A DNA stretch of 12,020 bases from Opitutales bacterium (GTDB lineage: Bacteria > Verrucomicrobiota > Verrucomicrobiia > Opitutales > UBA9783). Location of the stretch: positions 1 to 12,020 of the forward strand of contig JBKSMP010000001.1 of assembly GCA_046881885.1 (NCBI GenBank), written 5' to 3'. The position numbers and the translations under genes were made by a program. The first letter of the stretch is position 1; each line of letters starts with the position of its first letter. The notes under the pieces were generated by a model that did not search any database, had not been told where the DNA came from, and was given only the letters and a program-made list of their open reading frames with translations. Positions 1 through 7,169 of the stretch are shown here, piece after piece.

Positions 1-254
1 TCTATAAACCATAAGAAATACTTTTTTCAACACTGTCAATATCCTTTTTTACTTTTTTGATTTTTTTCACATCTTTATTTTTTCCCTATAACTTTTTTAA
101 TTTTGCCCCCTTTATCCCTAATCTTGGCACGATCATTGCCCCTCCTACTAACCCATAAACAAAAACCACCTTAACTTTTTAATTGAAATCTTTTATAAAA
201 ACAATAAATAAAGCTTGACTTTTTAAAATAAATAAAAAGACTTCACCGCTATAT

Positions 255-2066
255 ATGAAAATTACTAAGTTTAAATCATCGTTACTAACAACCACACTCA
301 TAAGCACTTCTTTATTTGGAAGTAAGCCAAATCCAGGAACGTTGCGGTTACCTCAAGAAACGACCCAAGAAGTGATACAAATTTCCTCTAAAATAAAGAT
401 ACCACCTTCTGTTGACAAATTGATGCAAGGTTTTAACGCACTTCCAAACACACAAGCAATAAAACAAGAATATGAGAATCTGCTAAAAGAAATCCGTAAT
501 AAACAACAGAATCAGCAAAAAGGTTATACAATTACAAACATTCAGGCTATTCTAAATAAACATATAATTGAGTACTGTGAAGCTTGGCGTAAAAAATCCA
601 TTGAAGATTTCAAAGCATTAACTTCGAGTGACACACACTATTGTTTTAAACTTTTTTTACCATACTTAAAGTATTATTTTTTTCAGCTAATAGATGGATT
701 TGAAAGCATTTTCGCAATAGACACATTTATTGAAACACAAGAGTTTATTCTTATGGATTTAAATGAAAAATCTATCAACTCAATCATCAATCTCATAAAA
801 AAGGCTGAAAACACTGAAATAATTGAATGCATCAAGGATATAGTAAATATCTTATTGAAAGATAATAGCTCTAAATTTATCTCAAAAGCCTACTTGCGAT
901 CGTACGATCTTTTTATATCAAACCTACTAGAAGGTTTAAAAGAAATCGGTGCAGAAAACACCCTACAAATGTTTGCCGATACCTTTAACTCTAAACCAAC
1001 ACAATTTTTGTGCAACATTTGGAATAATCTTTTAGAAAAAAACATTACTTCAGAACAAGAACAAAAAAAATTTTTCGAATGGATAAATAAAAACAAAAAA
1101 AATTTATACACTCAAAATCCATTATTTCAAGAAGAAATAGATCTCTTGTGCAATAAGGTTTCCATGGAATTCTTCAAACCATTAAAACAAGAACATTTTA
1201 CAAAAAAACCAATACAGCTACTAAATATCTGGGAACAATTTTTTAAACAATACCAAGAAAAACAAGAAGTTTTCTTACTACAAAACCATGTATATTTAGG
1301 AAACACTTTTGTAGAATGTATGACGGAATTGCAAACAACTTTTAATGAAATCAACATTGCAGATATAGATCTTGACGAATTAAAACTATTTTCTCCTCTA
1401 AAAGACATCTTATCGATATTCACAAATAACTATAATGAGATAATGAAAATAGCTTCATTATACAAAAATCCCATTTATGCATGGAACTCAACCCAAAAAA
1501 CTATTCCACATATATTGGAAGATATTAATATAATAAAAGAAGATACGCTTAAACTTAAAATCTTTTCAAAGGAAAACACACAAGAAGAATCTTGTACTCA
1601 AAAAGAAAGTAAGCAAAAACAAGTTTCCAAAAAGAACCTAAAAAGCAAAAGAAAGAAAACTAAACAACAAAAACAAGCACCCCAAAATGGTCGAAAGGCA
1701 GCTCGCTTCACTCAAGAGATCCCAACACAACCATCCCAAAAGCAAATGAAACAAGCACCCACACCTATAACCCTAAAGGATTTGGATGCTAAATTTGGAG
1801 AAGATATGGAAAAGGATTTTGATGAACTAGAAGTAATTACTATCGATTTTGAGTCGGAAAAAGATTGGAATGGCTTTGTTAAAGAGAATAATGTCGAAAT
1901 ATCAGGAACCCCTTATCAACACGGTTCTCACGAATCTCAAGAAATTTTCTTCGATTTTGAGGGTCAAAAAACTAAAGGACAATTATTGACTTACCATGTT
2001 CACGGTAAAGATACACCAGAAAAAATAACACGTCAAATAAGAGTAACACGTCGTACACAAAAATAA
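255..2066 (+). CDS. Hypothetical protein, 603 aa; lineage-specific orphan and candidate secreted/effector protein
   Basis: This is an uninterrupted 1.8-kb ORF in DNA that is very rich in stop-codon-forming A/T. It runs from ATG at 255 to TAA at 2064-2066 and is followed by a strong hairpin terminator. The N-terminus MKITKFKSSLLTTTLISTSLFGSK is basic and then Ser/Thr-rich and hydrophobic. The body is long and rich in K/E/Q/N. A basic cluster KSKRKKTK is present. The C-terminal ~65 aa carry GSH and HVHGKDTP motifs. I recognise no enzyme family with confidence. Confidence 0.8.
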   Translation: MKITKFKSSLLTTTLISTSLFGSKPNPGTLRLPQETTQEVIQISSKIKIPPSVDKLMQGFNALPNTQAIKQEYENLLKEIRNKQQNQQKGYTITNIQAILNKHIIEYCEAWRKKSIEDFKALTSSDTHYCFKLFLPYLKYYFFQLIDGFESIFAIDTFIETQEFILMDLNEKSINSIINLIKKAENTEIIECIKDIVNILLKDNSSKFISKAYLRSYDLFISNLLEGLKEIGAENTLQMFADTFNSKPTQFLCNIWNNLLEKNITSEQEQKKFFEWINKNKKNLYTQNPLFQEEIDLLCNKVSMEFFKPLKQEHFTKKPIQLLNIWEQFFKQYQEKQEVFLLQNHVYLGNTFVECMTELQTTFNEINIADIDLDELKLFSPLKDILSIFTNNYNEIMKIASLYKNPIYAWNSTQKTIPHILEDINIIKEDTLKLKIFSKENTQEESCTQKESKQKQVSKKNLKSKRKKTKQQKQAPQNGRKAARFTQEIPTQPSQKQMKQAPTPITLKDLDAKFGEDMEKDFDELEVITIDFESEKDWNGFVKENNVEISGTPYQHGSHESQEIFFDFEGQKTKGQLLTYHVHGKDTPEKITRQIRVTRRTQK

Positions 2067-2087
2067 GCAAACTTCATGGATTATATC

Positions 2088-2117
2088 AAAGGGAAGCTAT
2101 TAGCTTCCCTTTGTATT
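2088..2117. terminator. Bidirectional rho-independent terminator between the convergent 603-aa ORF and the secA-ruvX unit
   Basis: A perfect 8-bp stem GGGAAGCT / AGCTTCCC (2091-2098 / 2102-2109) encloses a 3-nt loop. It is flanked by AAA (2088-2090) and TTTGTATT (2110-2117), so a U-run follows the hairpin on either strand. It lies 22 nt after the ORF stop. Confidence 0.7.
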
Positions 2118-2282
2118 CACAATTAAATTGCAACTAAAAGAATAATTCGAGAAAAACAATCACCCAAATCCTCGCAAGTCATCTAACTCTACGATACCCT
2201 CTCATTCCAAAAACTTATCTACAGCTTTATCCAAAACGTCTTCATCTGAACATCTTCCAATAAAAAACAATCACAAATACAG

Positions 2283-2711
2283 CTACACCCTACCATCTAA
2301 AAAATCCTGCAAAATAATTGCGGCTGCTTGGGCATCAATAATACCTTTTTGCTTTGCTTTTTTTGTTTTTTGAGCAGTTTTTTTCGCAGAAAAGCCCATT
2401 AGACCTTCAGCAGATTGGGTTGAAAAACGTTCATCTTGGAAGTAAATAGGTAATTGAAAAAAGTTTCTTAATTTTTCAGCAAAAACGTTAACTTCTTGGG
2501 CGCGTTTACCGATAGTTCCGTCTAAATGCAGTGGAAAACCAATCACAAAACCTTGGCAGCCTTTCTCGAAAACAATTTGTTTTAATTGTGCAAAAAATTG
2601 ATCAATAGGTTCTAGAGATAGGGATTTTAATGGAACTGCGATCTGCAAATCATCCGAGCCCCAGCTTAATCCCACGCTTTTACTACCGTAATCGATACCG
2701 ATAAAATCCAT
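2283..2711 (-). CDS. ruvX: RuvX/YqgF family putative Holliday-junction resolvase / pre-16S rRNA nuclease
   Basis: The N-terminus MDFIGIDYGSKSVGLS matches the YqgF RNase-H-like acidic motif (compare E. coli FDFGTKSIGVA). The size of about 142 aa is typical. The ORF-track start at 2717 is TTG, and the ATG at 2709-2711 two codons downstream is the more likely start. The stop is TAG at 2283-2285. Confidence 0.85.
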   Translation of the reverse strand: MDFIGIDYGSKSVGLSWGSDDLQIAVPLKSLSLEPIDQFFAQLKQIVFEKGCQGFVIGFPLHLDGTIGKRAQEVNVFAEKLRNFFQLPIYFQDERFSTQSAEGLMGFSAKKTAQKTKKAKQKGIIDAQAAAIILQDFLDGRV

Positions 2712-2737
2712 CGCCAAGTTTCAAGATTTAAAAGAAA

Positions 2738-5680
2738 TTAATCCTCCAAATCTTTTCCGCAGCATTTTTTGAATTTTTTACCACTGCCACACGGACAAAC
2801 ATCATTACGACCTACCTTCGGCAAATCGCGCTTAACAGGCTTCGGCAATTCTACAGGTTTGGGCTTAGCTGTACCAATATCCGTCACCTCTTCAGAACTC
2901 GAAAAATGGATACGCTGACTAATTTTTTGGATAAGCGCATCTATATTTTCTGGCTGCGTCGAAGAACGGAACAATTGAAAACAAACGTCTTGTCGCATTT
3001 GAGCTACCATCGACTCAAAGAAATGATACGCTTCGGTCTTGTACTCAATCAACGGATCTTTTTGCCCATAACCACGCAAACCGATACTTTGACGCAAATC
3101 CTCCATCTCAGTCAATTGGTTTTGCCAATTCCGATCGATAGCGCGCAAAAGTACCCAACGCGCAATTTGCTGCGAAATTTCTTCACCCTCTATCGATTGC
3201 TTAGCTTCATAATAGGAATGCAATTTTTCTAAAATCTCGGCTTTCAGATCTTGCTTAGACTTGTTTTTCAAAGCCTCAACCTCCAAAAAAAGTGGAAATT
3301 GTAAATTAAGCCAACTGACGAGATTAATAAGCACATCATTACGATTAATGATATTTTTTCCATCATCCAATGCCGTCAATCGATTATCAATTTCCTCCTC
3401 GATAAGGTCCCAAACAAGCTCAATAGGCTTTTCTGTTCTCAAGGTCTCATTGCGCAAACTATAAATAATTTCACGCTGACGATTAAGCACATCATCATAT
3501 TGCAATAAGCGCTTACGAATCGAATAATTACGTTGCTCAACCTTTTTCTGGGCCGATTGAATTGAATGATTCAAAAATGGATGCGTTAACTCTTCATCTT
3601 CTGCCATAGAACGCTCCAAAAATGCTCCAATACGTCCCGATGTTGCAAATAAACGCATCAAATCGTCTTCCAAAGAAATAAAGAATTTGGAATGTCCAGG
3701 ATCACCTTGACGTGAACAACGACCACGTAACTGACGATCAATACGACGTGATTCATGGCGTTCTGTACCCAATACGAGCAATCCACCTAAATCCGCAACA
3801 CCTTCACCAAGCTTAATATCGGTACCACGCCCCGCCATATTTGTTGCAATCGTAACAGCCTTTTCCTGACCTGCTTGCGCAACAATTTCGGCTTCCTGCT
3901 GGTGATACTTCGCATTTAGAACATTATGTGGAACTTTAGCTCCTTTTAGCATTTTGCTCAAAATCTCAGAAGCTTCAACGGAAGTCGTTCCAACCAAAAC
4001 CGGCTGACCTTTCTTATAAGCCTCCTCAATATCCTTGATGACAGCTTTATATTTTGCGCGACGCGTTTTATAAATAACGTCATTATCGTCAATACGAATG
4101 CAAGGACGATGCGTCGGAATCGCCATAACTTTTAAGCGATAAATATCGAAAAATTCCTGTGCTTCCGTCTCTGCTGTACCGGTCATACCAGCCAACTTCT
4201 CGTACATACGGAAATAATTTTGCAAGGTAATGGTAGCATAAGTCTTGGATTCTTTTTCTGGCATAATACCTTCTTTAGCCTCGACTGCTTGATGCAGACC
4301 ATCACTCCAACGTCTTCCTGGCATTGCACGTCCCGTATTTTCGTCAATAATGATCACCTTACCGTCCATGACCACATACTGATCATCTCTTTGGTAAAGC
4401 GTATAAGCACGTAATAATTGACTCAAACAATGAATCGTTGAACTACGGGCATTAAACAAATTCTCTGCCTCTTGGCGCCTACCTTGCTTTTGTTGAGGCG
4501 ACAACTCTGCATCTCCTTCAATTTCACTGAAAATCGTTGGCAAATCCGGCAAAGTAAACGCATCAGGCTCATTGGGCTTCAAGGTATTACGACCTTTTTC
4601 GGTAAGGTCGGCCTGATGGTGTTGCTCTTCAATAGTATAATAAAGCTCTTCCTTAAGCTTATAGGCACGATCGCGATTAAAATCTGCCGCCATCTGCGTT
4701 TCAAATTTATCAAACGCTCTACGGACACGACCTTCTTCTAAAACATGCATTAATAAGCGGTTTTTAGGATTCCCTAACTTAATTTGATAGAGTTTCTCCA
4801 AACCTTTTTCTAAATCCTCAGCTTTTGATTCAGGAGCCAACAAAGGTTTTGCTTGTTCCATCAATTCTGCACACAAATTGTTCTGCAAGCGATAAATACG
4901 TTGAACTCCCATTTTTAATTGCAGGAATAATGCGCCGGAATCATCGTCTTCCTCAACCCCCGAAATAATAAGCGGCGTACGCGCTTCATCGATAAGGATA
5001 GAGTCTACTTCATCGACGATGCAATAATAATGGTCACGTTGCACCTGATCTTCGGCGCGCAAAGCCATGCCATTGTCTCTTAAATAATCGAAACCAAACT
5101 CAGAAGCTGTTCCATAAGTAATATCCTTACGATAAGCTTCCTGGCGCTCGCTTGGATCCATATCGTGTTGAATACAACCCACTGTAAGTCCAAGGAAATT
5201 AAATAAATGCCCCATCCAAGTAGAGTCACGCCGTGCCAAATAATCATTAACGGTAACCAATTGACAGTTTTTACCGGAAAGTGCATTTAAATAAAGTGGC
5301 AAAGTAGCAACCAGGGTTTTACCTTCACCAGTAGCCATTTCAGCAATATAGCCGCGATGTAAAGCAATACCGCCAATCAACTGAACATCGTAGTGGATCA
5401 TATCCCAAGTAAGCACATGCCCACAAACTTCTGCCTGAGTACCCACTAAACGCCGTGCAGCATTTTTAACAGTTGCAAACGCTTCTGGTAATAATGCATC
5501 CAACGACTCCCCTTGAGCATAGCGCTGCTTAAATTGTTCTGTTTTAGCCTGCAACTCCTCATTGGACAAAGTCTTAAATTGTTCTTCAATCGCGTTGATT
5601 TTTTCTACAATAGGCAAACATTCCTTATAAAATTTTTTATAATGACGACCTACAAAACGTTTTAATAAATTACGAAACAT
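2738..5680 (-). CDS. secA: Preprotein translocase ATPase SecA
   Basis: This is a 980-aa ORF with ATG at 5678-5680. It has the Walker A motif MATGEGKTL, the DEAD-like box [20 protein letters not shown], the motif [12 protein letters not shown], and the C-terminal zinc-binding tail [14 protein letters not shown]. Confidence 0.97.
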   Translation of the reverse strand: MFRNLLKRFVGRHYKKFYKECLPIVEKINAIEEQFKTLSNEELQAKTEQFKQRYAQGESLDALLPEAFATVKNAARRLVGTQAEVCGHVLTWDMIHYDVQLIGGIALHRGYIAEMATGEGKTLVATLPLYLNALSGKNCQLVTVNDYLARRDSTWMGHLFNFLGLTVGCIQHDMDPSERQEAYRKDITYGTASEFGFDYLRDNGMALRAEDQVQRDHYYCIVDEVDSILIDEARTPLIISGVEEDDDSGALFLQLKMGVQRIYRLQNNLCAELMEQAKPLLAPESKAEDLEKGLEKLYQIKLGNPKNRLLMHVLEEGRVRRAFDKFETQMAADFNRDRAYKLKEELYYTIEEQHHQADLTEKGRNTLKPNEPDAFTLPDLPTIFSEIEGDAELSPQQKQGRRQEAENLFNARSSTIHCLSQLLRAYTLYQRDDQYVVMDGKVIIIDENTGRAMPGRRWSDGLHQAVEAKEGIMPEKESKTYATITLQNYFRMYEKLAGMTGTAETEAQEFFDIYRLKVMAIPTHRPCIRIDDNDVIYKTRRAKYKAVIKDIEEAYKKGQPVLVGTTSVEASEILSKMLKGAKVPHNVLNAKYHQQEAEIVAQAGQEKAVTIATNMAGRGTDIKLGEGVADLGGLLVLGTERHESRRIDRQLRGRCSRQGDPGHSKFFISLEDDLMRLFATSGRIGAFLERSMAEDEELTHPFLNHSIQSAQKKVEQRNYSIRKRLLQYDDVLNRQREIIYSLRNETLRTEKPIELVWDLIEEEIDNRLTALDDGKNIINRNDVLINLVSWLNLQFPLFLEVEALKNKSKQDLKAEILEKLHSYYEAKQSIEGEEISQQIARWVLLRAIDRNWQNQLTEMEDLRQSIGLRGYGQKDPLIEYKTEAYHFFESMVAQMRQDVCFQLFRSSTQPENIDALIQKISQRIHFSSSEEVTDIGTAKPKPVELPKPVKRDLPKVGRNDVCPCGSGKKFKKCCGKDLED

Positions 5681-5777
5681 ACAAATACTTTACTATTTAT
5701 TCTGACGACTTTTTTAAATAAGGCTACACTTTTTAACAAGAATTTTAAACACCTTTTTACCCCATTTCTATTAAAAA

Positions 5778-5851
5778 TGGCTGCCCGACAAGGATTCGAA
5801 CCTCGACAAAAAGAGCCAGAATCTTTCGTGCTACCGTTACACCATCGGGCA
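5778..5851 (-). tRNA. tRNA-Gln, anticodon CUG, CCA encoded
   Basis: The reverse complement folds by hand into a 74-nt cloverleaf. The parts are acceptor TGCCCGA/TCGGGCA, D arm GTGT-AACGGTA-GCAC, anticodon arm AAAGA-TTCTGGC-TCTTT (anticodon CTG), 4-nt variable loop, T arm CGAGG-TTCGAAT-CCTTG, discriminator G and CCA. The U1-A72 pair is typical of bacterial tRNA-Gln. Confidence 0.9.
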
Positions 5852-5858
5852 AATGCCA

Positions 5859-5890
5859 ATTATCATGCGCATTCCACCTAAAAACGTCAA
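5859..5890 (-). promoter_or_regulatory. Possible promoter for tRNA-Gln (weak call)
   Basis: On the minus strand there is TTGACG (5890-5885), then either CATGAT after a 17-nt spacer or GATAAT (5864-5859) after a 20-nt spacer. The GATAAT option would place the start about 1 nt before the mature tRNA 5' end, but its spacer is out of the normal range. Confidence 0.3.
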
Positions 5891-5919
5891 GCGGAAAGTT
5901 ATTATTATGATTGCCATTT

Positions 5920-6504
5920 TTAACGCATGGACTTTGAAAAAACTTTTTTAAGGATGGTTTCAACAGTATCATCTGGGTTCAAATGAGGCTTTATCGCATC
6001 AATAAGGTTTTCAGCTTGCTTACGCGCATATCCCAACACAGAAAGAGCTTCTACAGCATCCATATGGGCTGAAGAAACAACCGTCTTTACAGGGTTTACA
6101 GAAACACCCTTTTTTAAATGATCTTGTAACTCCAAAATAAGCCGCTGAGCTGTTTTCTTGCCAATCCCTGGACATTTTGCCAAAGCATCTGCATCGTTCA
6201 TTAAAACGATCGTACACAAATCTTGCATAGAAAAAAAGCCTAACATCGTAAGGGCCAATTTAGGTCCCACGCCATTGACTTTTTCAACCAACAATTTAAA
6301 GAAATTACGCTGTTCAAGTTCTTTAAACCCATAGAGTTGTTGATTATCTTCACGATAAACCGCATATGTGTATAAACGATACGATTGTGCAAATTCAAAC
6401 CGCTCTGGATGTGCTGTAAAAACTTCGTAGCCAATACCGTTAACATTAACGATAAGCTCACTCGTACCTATTTCTTCTACAATCCCTTCAATAAAAGCAA
6501 TCAT
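5920..6504 (-). CDS. ruvA: Holliday junction DNA helicase subunit RuvA
   Basis: This is a 194-aa ORF. It has the N-terminal OB-fold signature MIAFIEGIVEE...GIGYEV, two helix-hairpin-helix motifs (VNGVGPKLALTML and CPGIGKKTAQRLILEL), and a short C-terminal domain III. The ATG at 6502-6504 overlaps the dapB stop as ATGA. Confidence 0.93.
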   Translation of the reverse strand: MIAFIEGIVEEIGTSELIVNVNGIGYEVFTAHPERFEFAQSYRLYTYAVYREDNQQLYGFKELEQRNFFKLLVEKVNGVGPKLALTMLGFFSMQDLCTIVLMNDADALAKCPGIGKKTAQRLILELQDHLKKGVSVNPVKTVVSSAHMDAVEALSVLGYARKQAENLIDAIKPHLNPDDTVETILKKVFSKSMR

Positions 6505-7169
6505 GACTGTAAAACTGAATTAAAATTAAAAAATCCATGCGATTGTTGCAACAACCATTGAGCTGCTTTGAGTGCACCTTCTGCAAAAACTGAACGATCC
6601 CATACTTCATGTTTTAAGGTAATTTGTTCATTATTGCCAGCCAAAACAATCGTATGTTCTCCTCGAATACCTCCTGCTCGTACAGATGAAATCGGAACGC
6701 TTTGTTGCGTCTTATCACTTAAATCCTTCATCAATACGTTTGCCGTACCACTAGGACTGTCTTTTTTGCTCTTGTGATGCACTTCTAAGATCTGGCAATC
6801 AAAGGCCGAAACATCCGGCAAGCTTTTAAGGATCTGACGCACAATATGGATACCTTCAGAAAAATTAGCATCATAAAGCACAGCTTGACCTTGCGACAAA
6901 TCCCGTAATTGCCGCAACTGTTGCTCATTCAATCCTGTTGTCCCCATCACAAGCGGACATTGCTGTTGTGCAATAAGAGCAATCCATTTGTCAAAAGCAG
7001 ACGCATGTGAAAAATCGATCCAAACCTTAGATGAACTTAGAGAATAGCGATCTAACTCATTTGCATCAACGACTTTTCCTGAAAAATGCTGAGGAAGCAA
7101 GGCTCGCAAGGCTTGCCCCATTTTTCCACTCCAGCCAGAAATAATAACATCTGCCTTAACAATCTCCAT
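6501..7169 (-). CDS. dapB: 4-hydroxy-tetrahydrodipicolinate reductase (DapB), compact form
   Basis: It has a dinucleotide-binding loop VIISGWSGKMG. The family signature EVHHKSKKDSPSGTA (E-x-HH-x2-K-x-D-x-PSGTA) is present, followed by VRAGGIRGEHTI. The C-terminus FAEGALKAAQWL matches the family. The ORF-track start at 7196 is TTG. The ATG at 7167-7169 (MEIVKADVIISG) aligns with DapB N-termini and gives 222 aa. Confidence 0.88.
   Translation of the reverse strand: MEIVKADVIISGWSGKMGQALRALLPQHFSGKVVDANELDRYSLSSSKVWIDFSHASAFDKWIALIAQQQCPLVMGTTGLNEQQLRQLRDLSQGQAVLYDANFSEGIHIVRQILKSLPDVSAFDCQILEVHHKSKKDSPSGTANVLMKDLSDKTQQSVPISSVRAGGIRGEHTIVLAGNNEQITLKHEVWDRSVFAEGALKAAQWLLQQSHGFFNFNSVLQS

Noticed and set aside
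215-220. TTGACT hexamer as the -35 element of a promoter for the 603-aa ORF
   Set aside because: No acceptable -10 hexamer lies 16-18 nt downstream (AAGACT, AGACTT, GACTTC). Other candidates such as TTGAAA at 183-188 with TAAATA are only 3/6 matches. A promoter likely exists in 1-254, but I cannot place it.
1036-1102. A7/A8 homopolymers in the 603-aa ORF (1036-1042, 1063-1070, 1095-1102) as phase-variation slippage sites
   Set aside because: They encode Lys/Asn/Glu-rich sequence in an extremely A-rich gene, and runs of this length are expected from composition alone. There is no evidence of frame disruption.
890-1423. Minus-strand ORFs 890-1111 and 1127-1423, antisense to the 603-aa ORF
   Set aside because: They are short, F/K/S/C-rich translations typical of the reverse complement of an A-rich coding strand. 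The 1.8-kb plus-strand frame is the far better explanation.
2906-5286. ORFs overlapping secA: 2906-3232, 3261-3464, 4220-4414 and 4472-4741 on the plus strand, and 5080-5286 on the minus strand in another frame
   Set aside because: They lie entirely inside the strongly supported secA CDS. Their translations are low-complexity with no recognisable motifs. ORFs of this length are expected by chance opposite a long, relatively GC-richer gene.
5662-5972. Minus-strand ORFs 5662-5859 and 5757-5972
   Set aside because: Both run through the tRNA-Gln gene and intergenic DNA. The region is fully explained by the tRNA cloverleaf and spacers.
6020-6777. Alternative-frame ORFs inside ruvA (6020-6217, 6240-6461) and an antisense ORF inside dapB (6568-6777)
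   Set aside because: They are nested in CDSs with clear family motifs, and they have no motifs of their own.
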